Positions 1 to 8,734 of a stretch of 64,000 nucleotides of DNA are shown piece by piece. This DNA is from Acidobacterium sp. (GTDB lineage: Bacteria; Acidobacteriota; Vicinamibacteria; Vicinamibacterales; UBA2999). The notes beneath the pieces were generated by a model. That model searched no databases and was not told the DNA's origin. It saw nothing but the letters and a program-made list of their open reading frames with translations. The DNA is taken from NCBI GenBank assembly GCA_002737365.1, contig NSIL01000013.1:3540-67539 (forward strand). The letters are read 5' to 3'. Made by a program: the position numbers and the translations under genes. Position 1 is the stretch's first letter. Each line of letters opens with the position of its first letter.

Positions 1-570
1 GAGTCCGCAAGCACCACAGGCGAGGCCCGTGGCGGCCGCATGTCCGACGTAGCCGGCTGATCCCCACGCGCCGGGCACCAGATACAGTGGACCCAGATGG
101 GGACCGTATTGCCGCGCCATGTCACGCGCAATGCCGGCATTGTTCTGAACCAGCAGGGCGTTCTCGGCCAGCGCGAAGCCCGCGCCCGCGAAACAGCCAA
201 GGACGAGGAGATCTGACGGATTGGGTGCCAGGGCCGAACGCCGGCGGCCGAGCAACACGATGATGCCGACCGGGAGGAGTTTGAGCGATTCTTCGAGAAT
301 CGGAATCAGTCCCCAGCTGCCGACGCCTTCGCTAGTGTCGATGCCAGCCGCGGCCAACGCGTGTCCGACGCTGACCATTAGTAGGGTAACCACCCCGAGA
401 CTGAGGCCCAGGGCCGATAGCGCGGAACCGGCAGACAACGAACGGGTCGCCACCGTGGCCAGCAGGATCTCGGCCAGAAACCACAGTTCTCGGAAAGTCG
501 CTGCCGGCGCGTCGATTGCCAGTAGTAACAGCGACAAGCCAAGGAGCGCGAGTGAAACTGTTCGCAGCAT
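1..570 (-). CDS. PrsW-family intramembrane protease (partial; C-terminus lies beyond the window start)
   Basis: I translated the minus strand from the ATG at 570-568. The frame stays open to position 1, so it is absent from the ORF track. It has a hydrophobic N-terminus, then PILEESLKLLP (EExxK) and GFALAEN (FAxxEN) motifs typical of PrsW-type membrane proteases. Confidence 0.55.
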   Translation of the reverse strand, partial: MLRTVSLALLGLSLLLLAIDAPAATFRELWFLAEILLATVATRSLSAGSALSALGLSLGVVTLLMVSVGHALAAAGIDTSEGVGSWGLIPILEESLKLLPVGIIVLLGRRRSALAPNPSDLLVLGCFAGAGFALAENALLVQNNAGIARDMARQYGPHLGPLYLVPGAWGSAGYVGHAAATGLACGACGL

Positions 571-713
571 GGGCGAGATGGTAACAGATGCGACCGGGCG
601 CCTCGGCGGTTGGTTACTTTTCCTGCTGGTCACCAGGCGCCAACAGTCGTGCATGGTGGTGCACTCTCGGAGTAGAATTCAGCGACTTCTTCGTTCCTTT
701 TCTGGAGGACATT

Positions 714-1886
714 ATGAATGTTCGGTCGCCGTTTTCTCGTCGTCAATTTGTTGGAGGTGTGGCCGCTGCCGTCGGCGCCCTGAGTCTTCGTCCCGAGGCC
801 GACCTGCTCGCACAGGGGCAGACCGCGCAGTTCACCGGCGGCGACGCCGAGTACGACGCCTTTATCAAGCTGGCGAGCAACGAGAACAACTACGGACCAC
901 CGCCGTCGGTGATGAAGGCCATGACCGACGCGTTCAAGTACGCGAATCGTTACGGCTACCCGGACGGCAACATCGTCCAGGTGATCGCTGATCACCACGG
1001 CGTCAAGCGCGACAACGTGCTGCTGACCGCCGGGTCCGGTGAAGGCCTGGACGTGGTCGCCACCACCTACCTCGGGCCGGGCAAGAAGGTGCTGGGCGTC
1101 AGCCCCTCTTACGCCAGCGTGTTCCAGCAGGCCGCCAACGTGAAGGCCGATGCCATTCAGATCCCGCTGACCAAGGATTACCGGCAGAACATCAGCGCGA
1201 TGATCGAGACGACCAACCGCCACGCGCGTGAGATTGGCTTCGTCTACATGTGCAACCCGAACAACCCGACCGGCGCGATCGTCACCGCCAAAGAAATCAA
1301 GGATCTGCTCGACAACATCCCGAAGGACATGCCGGTGTTGATCGACGAGGCGTACCACCACTTCGTCAATGACCCTGCCTATGGCACCGCGATCCCGTAT
1401 GTGCTCGAGGGCCGTCCGGTCATCGTCGCGCGCACCTTCTCCAAGATCGCCGCGTTGGCCGCCATGCGCATCGGCTATTCCATCGCGCCGGCGGACATGG
1501 TTCGCGAGATGAATGTCTACGCCTCCAACAGTGTCAACGTGCTGGCCAAGTGGGGCGCGGTCGCCTCGCTGAAGGACAAGGCCGCCGAGGCCGACGTCAA
1601 GGCGAAGATTGTCGACATGCGCGACAAGACCACCAAGGTGTTGGAATCGTATGGCTACCCGGTGATCCCGTCGCAGGCCAACTTCTTCATGGTCAGCCTG
1701 GGCGAGCGCCAGGTGCAGGGCGTGATCGAGGAGTTCCGCAAGATGGGCATCCTCGTCGGCCGTCCGTTCCCGCCCATGCTGAACCACCTGCGCGTCTCGG
1801 TCGGCACCGCGGACGACATGGAGAAGTTCATGGCGGCCTTCAAGAAGATCTTCCCGCAGAAGACTGCCACGGCGACTCGCGGATAA
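714..1886 (+). CDS. Class I/II PLP-dependent aminotransferase (histidinol-phosphate aminotransferase-like) with a twin-arginine signal peptide
   Basis: This is the track ORF 588..1886 trimmed to the ATG at 714, which is preceded by GGAGG at 704-708. The N-terminus MNVRSPFSRRQFVGGVAAAVGAL is a Tat motif (SRRxFV plus h-region). The body has LASNENNYGPPP, MCNPNNPTG and RTFSKIAALAAMRIGY (PLP-lysine region), as in the HisC family. Confidence 0.85.
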   Translation: MNVRSPFSRRQFVGGVAAAVGALSLRPEADLLAQGQTAQFTGGDAEYDAFIKLASNENNYGPPPSVMKAMTDAFKYANRYGYPDGNIVQVIADHHGVKRDNVLLTAGSGEGLDVVATTYLGPGKKVLGVSPSYASVFQQAANVKADAIQIPLTKDYRQNISAMIETTNRHAREIGFVYMCNPNNPTGAIVTAKEIKDLLDNIPKDMPVLIDEAYHHFVNDPAYGTAIPYVLEGRPVIVARTFSKIAALAAMRIGYSIAPADMVREMNVYASNSVNVLAKWGAVASLKDKAAEADVKAKIVDMRDKTTKVLESYGYPVIPSQANFFMVSLGERQVQGVIEEFRKMGILVGRPFPPMLNHLRVSVGTADDMEKFMAAFKKIFPQKTATATRG

Positions 1887-1892
1887 CAGCAA

Positions 1893-1921
1893 GACAGGCG
1901 GGCTTTCGGGCCCGCCTGTTC
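1893..1921. terminator. GC-rich hairpin between convergent genes (candidate bidirectional terminator)
   Basis: ACAGGCGGGC (1894-1903) pairs with GCCCGCCTGT (1910-1919), followed by TTCTCG. It sits between the aminotransferase stop (1886) and the S9 peptidase stop (1945). Confidence 0.5.
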
Positions 1922-1944
1922 TCGCCGGCTTTACCCGCCGTAGC

Positions 1945-4266
1945 CTACGGAGTAGGCGAAGGTGGGCCCTTCAACTGAAAGCCCGCCGGCGGTTCCACTG
2001 TCATCAGGTTCTTGACGAAGTAGTCCCAGCGGCGGCGGACCATGTACGGTTCGTTGCCGAAGCCGTGGCCGCGATTGGGGAAGATGATCAAGTCGAAGTC
2101 CTTGTTCTCTTTGATCAGCTCGTTGACCACCAGCAGCGTGCTGTAGAACGGCACGTTGTTGTCCATCGAGCCGTGGGCCAGCAGCAGCTTGCCCTTCAGG
2201 TTCTTGGCGAAGTTCTGGTTGGCTTGGCTGTCGTAGTTGGTCGTGCCGTCAGCGTTCGTCTGCAGCAACCCCTGCCACTTCTCGGCCCAGTCGTCTTCGT
2301 AAACGCGGTTGTCGTGGTTGCCCGCCTGTGACACCCCCACTTTGAAGAAGTCCGGATACCTGAACATGGCGGCTGCCGTGGCATAGCCGCCGCCCGAGTG
2401 TCCGTAGATGCCGGCCCGCTCGATGTCGATCCAGGGATACCGCGACGCCAGCTCCTTCATGCCCGCCACCTGGTCGGGCAACGTGTTGTCGCCCATGTTC
2501 CCGTAGTAGGCCGCGTGGAAGCGCTTCGAGCGCCAGGGCGTGCCCATGCCGTCGAGTTGGACGACGATGAACCCGAGTTCGGCGATCGCTTGCGCGTCGC
2601 CGCGCGCGGCCGAGAAGCTGCGGCCGCCAACGCTGCCGGTCTGCGGTCCGGGATAGATGTTGTTGATGATCGGGTACTTCTTCGCCGGATCGAAGTTGGT
2701 CGGGCGAAACATCAGGCCGTACAGGTCGCCGACGCCGCCGCGGTCTTTGACGGTGATCGGCATCGGCGGCCGCCAGCCCGTCGCCAGCAGGCGCGAGGTG
2801 TCGGCCTTCTCGAGCGCGAGCACCAACTTGCCGGTGGCATCACGCAGCACCGAGGTCGAGGCGACGTCGGGCTTCGAGTAGTTGTCGACGAAGTACTTGC
2901 CCGACGGTGACAGCGACACGGCATGGTCGGCATCTTCCGGCGTCAGCAGTTGCAGGCCCTTGCCGTCCATGCCCAGGCGATAGAAGTGACGAAAGTACGG
3001 GTCACGTCCGGCCTCTTTGCCCACGCCCTGGAAGTACAGCGTGCGGGCGGTCTCGTCGACGCGCGTCAACTGCGTGACGTTGCCGTCGCCGCTGGTGATC
3101 GGATACTTCTGTTTGCCGGTCTGGAGATCGTGCATGTAGAGGTGCCCCCAGTTCTCTTTTTGCGAGAACCAGATTGCTTCGTTCGAACCGGGCAGGTATT
3201 TCCAGTTGACCTTGCCGTTGCCTGATTCGAGGAAGGTTTCGCCCTTCTCCTCGAGCACCTCGCGGATCGATCCGGTCGTGGCATCGGCGACGCGGAGGTT
3301 GGCCTGCTGGTGGTTGCGCGAGGTCGAGACGAACGACACTTGCGCGCTGTCAGGACTCCACTGCACGTCCACCCATTCACCGCCGCACTTCACGTCGTCA
3401 CAGAGCGTCGAGCGGTGCTGATCCTGGCCCATCTGGAGGCGGGTGACCTTGGCGGCGGCCACGTCGATGACGACGCGTTCGATCATGGTGATGAACTCGT
3501 CGCCCGGCAGCGGATACTTCCAGGCGCGCAGTGTCGGGTGACCGGCCACGGTGTTCACCAGGTACATGTCACCGGCCTTGCGCTGATCCTGCTGGAAGGT
3601 CGCGATCCGCTTCGAGTCGGGCGACCACACCAGCACCGGCGCGTCGCTGTTGGTCCACCCGGCGTTGTCGGTGGCATAGCCATAGTCCTTCACGCCATCG
3701 GTCGTCAGTTGCCGGTCGGCGCCGCTGACGAGATCGCGCACCCAGAGGTTGTGGTCGCGAATGAACGCGGCGAGCGTGCCGTTGGGCGAGGTCACACTAT
3801 TGGGAACGCGAGTGGGCCGGTCGCTGCTGGTGCACGCCGCACCCGTCACGTCGCAGGTCCACCGCTTGGTCTCGAGGTCGAACGAGAATGACTGGCCATC
3901 GGTCGCGAAGATCAGTTGGGTGAACGGCAGCCGTGCCGCCGTCACCGGACGGCCCAGGGCCGTGGCCAGTGTCGTTGCTAACGCCGCGTGGTTGAAGGCC
4001 GGCGCCGTGGTCGCGCGGGCTGCGTTCACGAGGATGAACTCGCTGCCAGTGGCCGTGACCCTTCGGTACCAAAAGCGGTCGTCGGCCAGCCAGTTGGCCT
4101 GCACCGGACCGTTCGACACCAGCGGTATCGTGTTGTAGCCGAGGAACGTCTCGGCGCGCGCGTAGTCGGCGACCGTTACGGCCGCTCGGGACTGGGCGGC
4201 ACCGGGTGACGTCATGGCGGCGATCAACGCACCGGTGGCTAGAGTCAGAAGTGTCAGCTTGCGCAT
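1945..4266 (-). CDS. S9-family serine peptidase, dipeptidyl-peptidase IV-like (N-terminal beta-propeller plus prolyl-oligopeptidase catalytic domain)
   Basis: This is the track ORF 1945..4365 trimmed to MRKLTLLTLATGALIAAMTSPGAAQ (Sec signal). The catalytic GHSGGGYAT (GxSxGG) motif, a C-terminal GHGF histidine region and the ~770 aa length fit DPP-IV-like enzymes. Confidence 0.9.
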   Translation of the reverse strand: MRKLTLLTLATGALIAAMTSPGAAQSRAAVTVADYARAETFLGYNTIPLVSNGPVQANWLADDRFWYRRVTATGSEFILVNAARATTAPAFNHAALATTLATALGRPVTAARLPFTQLIFATDGQSFSFDLETKRWTCDVTGAACTSSDRPTRVPNSVTSPNGTLAAFIRDHNLWVRDLVSGADRQLTTDGVKDYGYATDNAGWTNSDAPVLVWSPDSKRIATFQQDQRKAGDMYLVNTVAGHPTLRAWKYPLPGDEFITMIERVVIDVAAAKVTRLQMGQDQHRSTLCDDVKCGGEWVDVQWSPDSAQVSFVSTSRNHQQANLRVADATTGSIREVLEEKGETFLESGNGKVNWKYLPGSNEAIWFSQKENWGHLYMHDLQTGKQKYPITSGDGNVTQLTRVDETARTLYFQGVGKEAGRDPYFRHFYRLGMDGKGLQLLTPEDADHAVSLSPSGKYFVDNYSKPDVASTSVLRDATGKLVLALEKADTSRLLATGWRPPMPITVKDRGGVGDLYGLMFRPTNFDPAKKYPIINNIYPGPQTGSVGGRSFSAARGDAQAIAELGFIVVQLDGMGTPWRSKRFHAAYYGNMGDNTLPDQVAGMKELASRYPWIDIERAGIYGHSGGGYATAAAMFRYPDFFKVGVSQAGNHDNRVYEDDWAEKWQGLLQTNADGTTNYDSQANQNFAKNLKGKLLLAHGSMDNNVPFYSTLLVVNELIKENKDFDLIIFPNRGHGFGNEPYMVRRRWDYFVKNLMTVEPPAGFQLKGPPSPTP

Positions 4267-4325
4267 GGGCAAAATTATCCCACAGAGGCATAATCCTCCG
4301 CCTGCGATCAGCGCACTCACTTGCG

Positions 4326-4538
4326 GTGATAGTGGTGGCCACCATCCTGGGGTGGCCAGTAACACAGGCCCAGGGGCCGGCGGCGCCGATCTGCAGATCG
4401 ACCCGTCGAACCCCGCCGTTGTCGATGCCTCGCTCTGGCAGGCGCGCCAGGGGCCGTGGGAGAACGGGGGCGTTCAGTGGCCCGGGCAGCGGACTGTTCA
4501 AGTTGGTTGATGGTGGGACGACCTGGACTCGTGTCAGC
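4326..4538 (+). pseudogene. Frameshifted remnant of a BNR/sortilin (VPS10)-type repeat glycosidase-like protein
   Basis: Three short pieces lie in two frames. A signal-peptide-like LAVIVVATILGWPVTQAQ is in frame 3. ADLQIDPSNPAVVDASLWQARQGPWENGG is in frame 2. GAFSGPGSGLFKLVDGGTTWTRVS is in frame 3. The last two resemble conserved blocks of BNR/VPS10 repeat proteins, but only about 70 aa of a normally much larger protein remain. Confidence 0.35.
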
Positions 4539-4662
4539 CGTCGTCGCTGGTCCACCCCTCGAGATTCCGGACATCCCGCTGACCTCGAATCCGCTGACGG
4601 TCGCGCAAGACGACGCGCGTCCGAAGCCGCTACAGGCCGACCTCAAGCCGGTTGGCACCAAC

Positions 4663-4845
4663 AAGACCGTCGCCGTCGTGGACGACGACCCGATGATGCT
4701 TGACGTGCTGTCACGCATCCTGCCGCGCGAAGAGTTCGACCTGCTGGTCACCGATTACGCCATGCCCGACATGCAGGGCCGCGAACTGGCTGAACCCCTC
4801 CGCCAGCGGTTGCCCTTGGTACTGTGCGGCTCGATCAACCCGTAG
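4663..4845 (+). pseudogene. Response-regulator receiver-domain fragment (internally deleted and C-terminally truncated)
   Basis: KTVAVVDDDPMMLDVLSRILPREEFDLLVTDYAMPDMQGRELAEPLRQRLP carries the DD pair and the phospho-acceptor D (LLVTDYAMP). It lacks the beta2-alpha2 segment and everything after alpha3, and the ORF ends 10 aa later. Confidence 0.4.
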
Positions 4846-4931
4846 ATCACGTCACGGCCGGGGTCGTCCCGCCCTCCGGCATCTATCCCCGTCCCGGCAA
4901 ATCGCGCACGCGAGGGCAGCCATCACCGTCC

Positions 4932-4937
4932 TATACT
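4932..4937 (+). promoter_or_regulatory. Candidate -10 box (TATACT) for a leaderless sppA transcript
   Basis: TATACT is followed by 6 nt and then the GTG start at 4944, with no SD in between. Confidence 0.4.
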
Positions 4938-4943
4938 GATCCC

Positions 4944-6698
4944 GTGAAGCGGTTTGTCAGGTTTGTCCTCATATTCCTGATCGTGGCGATGGTCGCCATG
5001 GTCGCGGCCTCGGTCGGGTTGTATTTCGCGGTGGGCCAGCAGCCGGCCGTGCCCGCGCATGCCACCTTGGTCCTTCGCCCAGGTGGCGACCTCCCTGAGG
5101 TCCTGCCGGAGGTTGTCTTTGGTGATGCGGAACTGACGGTTCGGGACTACGTTGAGCTGATTCGCAAGGCCAGGGTCGACCCGCGCATCAACGGCATTCT
5201 GCTGCGGCCGGGCAGCCTGAGCTCGCCGTTCTGGGCCAGGATTCAAGAAGTCCGCGACGCCCTCAAAGACTTCCGCGCCAGCGGCAAGTATGTGCATGCG
5301 TGGCTCGAGTACGCAGGTGATCGTGAGTATTATCTGGCCTCGGTGGCCGATCGTGTCTACCTGTTGCCGTCGTCCACGCTTGATCTGACCGGCATCGCCA
5401 GCTACGAGCTGTTCCTGCGCGGCACGTTCGACTGGATCGGCACCTATCCCGACTTCATGCACGTCGGCGACTACAAGAGCGCGGTCAACACCTACCTTGA
5501 GAGAGCCTTCACGCCGGCCCATCGCGAGATGGCCGACTCGCTCAATCGCAGCCAGTACGAGCAACTGGTCCGCGGCATCGCCGACGGTCGCAAGAAGTCC
5601 GAAGCCGACGTGCGCGGGCTGATCGACCAGGGCCCGTTCCTGCCGGCTGACGCCCTGCGGCTGGGGCTGATTGATGAAGTCGCCTACGAAGACGAGCTCG
5701 ACGACGTCAACAACGACCTGCGCGGCGTCGAGTTCGTTGAGGGTGACGACTACGCGCTCGTCGCCTGGAGTTCCCTTGGCGTCACGCCACGCTCGAAAGT
5801 CGCGGTGATCAACGCCGTCGGCGTGATCAACTCTGGCGCCAGCGGCTTCGACCCCGTCAACGGTGCGGTCGTCGGCTCGGACTCGCTGGTGGCATACATC
5901 CGCCAGGCGCGCGCCGATCGGTCGATTCGCGCGATTGTGCTGCGGGTGGATAGCCCGGGCGGGTCGTCGACGGCCTCCGACGTCATCTGGCGCGAGCTGT
6001 CGATCTCGCGCGCGAGCGGACGTCCGCTGATCGTCTCGATGTCCGACCTGGCTGCGTCCGGCGGCTACTACATCGCGTTGGCCGGCGATGCGATCGTCGC
6101 CCAGCCGGGCACGCTCACGGGATCCATCGGGGTTTACACCGGCAAGTTCGTCACCGCGGGCAGCCTCGAGCAGCTTGGTGCCAATATCGAATCGGTCAGC
6201 CGCGGGAAGCAGGCTGAGATGTACTCGTCCGATCGCCGGTTCTCCCCGGCCGAGCGCAAGAAGATCACCGAGTCCATGCAGTCGGTCTACGACCAGTTCG
6301 TGGAGCGGACCGCCGCCGCCCGTCACCTGCCGCCCGAGAAGGTGGATGAGATTGCGCAGGGCCGGGTGTGGACCGGCGAACAGGCGCGCGAGCTGGGCCT
6401 GGTCGATGAACTGGGCGGCCTCGACACGGCCATCAACATGGCCAAGCAGCGGGCGCGTATTCCCGCCGACGAGGAAGTTGAGCTCGTGGTGTTTCCGCCG
6501 CGCCGCAGCGTCTACCAAGTCCTGGCCGATGAACTGCAGTCGCCGATGGGACGCCTCCAGCAACGTCACACCGCGGACGCCTTGCTTCAGCTGCTGGGAC
6601 CACGCGAAAGAAAAGCCTTGTCGGCGCTGCTGGCACCGTCAAGGCTCTTTCGGTCTGGGCAAGTGCTGGCGCACATGCCCTACGTATTCGTGAGGTAG
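4944..6698 (+). CDS. sppA: Signal peptide peptidase SppA, 67K type (tandem S49 domains)
   Basis: This is the track ORF 4824..6698 trimmed to the GTG at 4944 ([23 protein letters not shown] membrane anchor). There are two S49 halves, the second with [17 protein letters not shown] (catalytic Ser region) and GRVWTGEQA. Confidence 0.88.
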   Translation: MKRFVRFVLIFLIVAMVAMVAASVGLYFAVGQQPAVPAHATLVLRPGGDLPEVLPEVVFGDAELTVRDYVELIRKARVDPRINGILLRPGSLSSPFWARIQEVRDALKDFRASGKYVHAWLEYAGDREYYLASVADRVYLLPSSTLDLTGIASYELFLRGTFDWIGTYPDFMHVGDYKSAVNTYLERAFTPAHREMADSLNRSQYEQLVRGIADGRKKSEADVRGLIDQGPFLPADALRLGLIDEVAYEDELDDVNNDLRGVEFVEGDDYALVAWSSLGVTPRSKVAVINAVGVINSGASGFDPVNGAVVGSDSLVAYIRQARADRSIRAIVLRVDSPGGSSTASDVIWRELSISRASGRPLIVSMSDLAASGGYYIALAGDAIVAQPGTLTGSIGVYTGKFVTAGSLEQLGANIESVSRGKQAEMYSSDRRFSPAERKKITESMQSVYDQFVERTAAARHLPPEKVDEIAQGRVWTGEQARELGLVDELGGLDTAINMAKQRARIPADEEVELVVFPPRRSVYQVLADELQSPMGRLQQRHTADALLQLLGPRERKALSALLAPSRLFRSGQVLAHMPYVFVR

Positions 6699-6699
6699 C

Positions 6700-8625
6700 T
6701 TACAGCCCGCCGGTGATCCGGGCGAGCGTGTCCTGCTTGATGTTGATCTTCAGGCCGCTCTTGGCCTTCTGCATGTAGGCGCCGAAGAACTTGTCGCGGC
6801 GCCCGTTCACCAGCTCGTCGCGCAGCACGTCCTTGCCCGATTCCACTTCGGTGTCGGTCACGCCCACCTTCTCGACGACGCGAATCACGGCGGTGCCGGT
6901 GGCAGTGGAAATGGCGTCGCTCACGCCGCCCGGCGGCAACGCGAAGGCGGCGGCATCGACGGCTTCACTGATGCCCAGGTCGGGAATCGCGGTGCCGCGC
7001 GCCACCAGTTCGGTGGTCTTCACTTCGAGGCCGGCACGCTTGGCCGCCGCGGCGAAGTCTTTCGCGTTCTTCAACTCGGTGGCAATCGCGGTCGCCCTCT
7101 GCTTGGCCATTTCGGCGGCCTTCTCCTGGCGCACGTCATCGGCCACCTTGGCCTTGACCTCGGCAAGTTGCGGCAGGTACGAATCCTGGCGGCCGGTGAC
7201 GGTGGCAAACACCCAGCCGGTGGCGACGCGCATCGCCGGGGTGACTTCGCCGTCCTTCATGCCGAACACGCGGCCCGAGATTTCGGGCTGCGCGCCGACC
7301 CCCTGGATGGGCTCGTCCGACGCGACGAGTCCGGTCTCGACGACCGCGAGGTTGCGCTCCTTGGCGACCTTGTCGAGGTCGGCGGGGGTCTTGGTCGTGG
7401 CTTCAAGCGACTTGGCAAGACGCTCGGCCTCGGCCTGCGCCTTCTGCCACTTGAGCTGATCCTCGAGTTCCGTGCGGACCTCGGCGAGCGGCCGGGTCTG
7501 GTCGGACTTGTTGTCGACGACCTTGATGATGTGGAAGCCGAACGCCGTCTTCACCAGGTTGCTGATCTCGCCGGCTTTCATGCCGAAGGCCGCCTGCTCG
7601 AATTCCGCCACCATGCGGCCGCGGCCGAAGTAGTCGAGGTCGCCGCCGTTCTGGTTGTTGCTATCGTCTTCGGAGTACTGCTTGGCGAGGGCCGCAAAGT
7701 CGGCGCTGGGCGCCGTGGCCTTCTTCAGCACGTCTTCAGCCAAGGCCTGCACCACCTTCTCGTCCTTGCCTTCGAGCTTGAACAGGATATGGCTCGCGCG
7801 CACCTGTGCCGGGGTCTGGTACTGCGAGAGGTTCTGCTGGTAGAACGCGGCGATCTCGGCCTCGGGCACCGTGATCGTCCCGCGCACCTGCTCGACGTTG
7901 ACCTGGGCGTACTTGATCTTGCGCTTCTCGCCGATGCGATACTTGTCCTTGGCCTTCTCGAAGAACGGCACCAGTTCGGCGTCGGTGACCATCACTTGAC
8001 TCTTGAAGGCCTCGGCCGTGACGGGGACGACGTCCAATTTGACCTTTTCGTTGCGCTTCCTGAATTCAGCGACCACGTCGGTGTCGTTGACCGACATCCA
8101 GCCGGTGAGGGCCGTGCGCAGCTTCTCGATCATCAGCGCGCGGCGCAGGCTGTTCTCGAATTCGGTGGTCGTGAGCGGCGGGTTCTGGATCTGCAGAATT
8201 TGCCGATAGCGCTGCTCGCCGACAAACTTGCCGCTTTCCTGGAAGCCAGGCAGGGCGAGAATGCGCTCGCGAATCTCGACGTCGCTGACCGTGATGCCCT
8301 GCTTGCGCGATTCGGCCACCATGGCCTCTTCGTCGATCAGCTGCTGGAGGATCTGACGATCGATACCCAGTTGCTTGAGCAGCTGGTCGTTCATCTGTCC
8401 GCCATAAGCATTGCGATAGGCCTGGACCTGCGCGTTGTAGCGCCGGGTGAAGGAGCCCACGGTGATGGGCTCGCCTTCGACATCGGCGATCGTTTCGTTT
8501 GGTGAAGCCCCGGTGGTGGTGGTCAGAAAATCGGGAATATAGAAGACCACGAAGGTCAGGACGACCAGCGCCAGGCTCCACTTGAGCCAGCCCTTGTGTC
8601 GCCGCATCCGGTCGAGCATCGTCAT
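6700..8625 (-). CDS. ppiD: Periplasmic chaperone / peptidyl-prolyl isomerase PpiD-like (SurA N-terminal domain plus parvulin domain)
   Basis: It has an N-terminal anchor (WLKWSLALVVLTFVVFYIP) and a parvulin block (VRASHILFKL...GGDLDYFGRGRMVAEFEQAAF...FGFHIIKV). The 641 aa length is typical of PpiD. Confidence 0.85.
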   Translation of the reverse strand: MTMLDRMRRHKGWLKWSLALVVLTFVVFYIPDFLTTTTGASPNETIADVEGEPITVGSFTRRYNAQVQAYRNAYGGQMNDQLLKQLGIDRQILQQLIDEEAMVAESRKQGITVSDVEIRERILALPGFQESGKFVGEQRYRQILQIQNPPLTTTEFENSLRRALMIEKLRTALTGWMSVNDTDVVAEFRKRNEKVKLDVVPVTAEAFKSQVMVTDAELVPFFEKAKDKYRIGEKRKIKYAQVNVEQVRGTITVPEAEIAAFYQQNLSQYQTPAQVRASHILFKLEGKDEKVVQALAEDVLKKATAPSADFAALAKQYSEDDSNNQNGGDLDYFGRGRMVAEFEQAAFGMKAGEISNLVKTAFGFHIIKVVDNKSDQTRPLAEVRTELEDQLKWQKAQAEAERLAKSLEATTKTPADLDKVAKERNLAVVETGLVASDEPIQGVGAQPEISGRVFGMKDGEVTPAMRVATGWVFATVTGRQDSYLPQLAEVKAKVADDVRQEKAAEMAKQRATAIATELKNAKDFAAAAKRAGLEVKTTELVARGTAIPDLGISEAVDAAAFALPPGGVSDAISTATGTAVIRVVEKVGVTDTEVESGKDVLRDELVNGRRDKFFGAYMQKAKSGLKINIKQDTLARITGGL

Positions 8626-8664
8626 CGGTCAGAATCCTCTGGGAAACAAGAATCGTAACACGGC

Positions 8665-8711
8665 GAACCCCTGTGGTAGAACCTTCGTGTTTGAACCCGG
8701 TGTTTGAACCC
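8665..8711. promoter_or_regulatory. Four phased GAACC(C) direct repeats in the ppiD / GGDEF divergent intergenic region
   Basis: GAACCC is at 8665, GAACC at 8679, GAACCC at 8693 and GAACCC at 8706, giving spacings of 14, 14 and 13 nt. The last two copies lie within the tandem GTGTTTGAACCC (8687-8698 and 8700-8711). Confidence 0.3.
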
Positions 8712-8734
8712 CCGTGGTATATTCAGTCAATTGA

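Noticed and set aside
221-1892. Track ORFs 221..991 (+), 630..1892 (-), 1550..1978 (+) and 1655..1870 (-).
   Set aside because: These have Arg/Pro/Gly-rich compositions typical of off-frame or antisense reading in high-GC DNA. They overlap well-supported genes (the PrsW-like gene on the minus strand, the aminotransferase on the plus strand).
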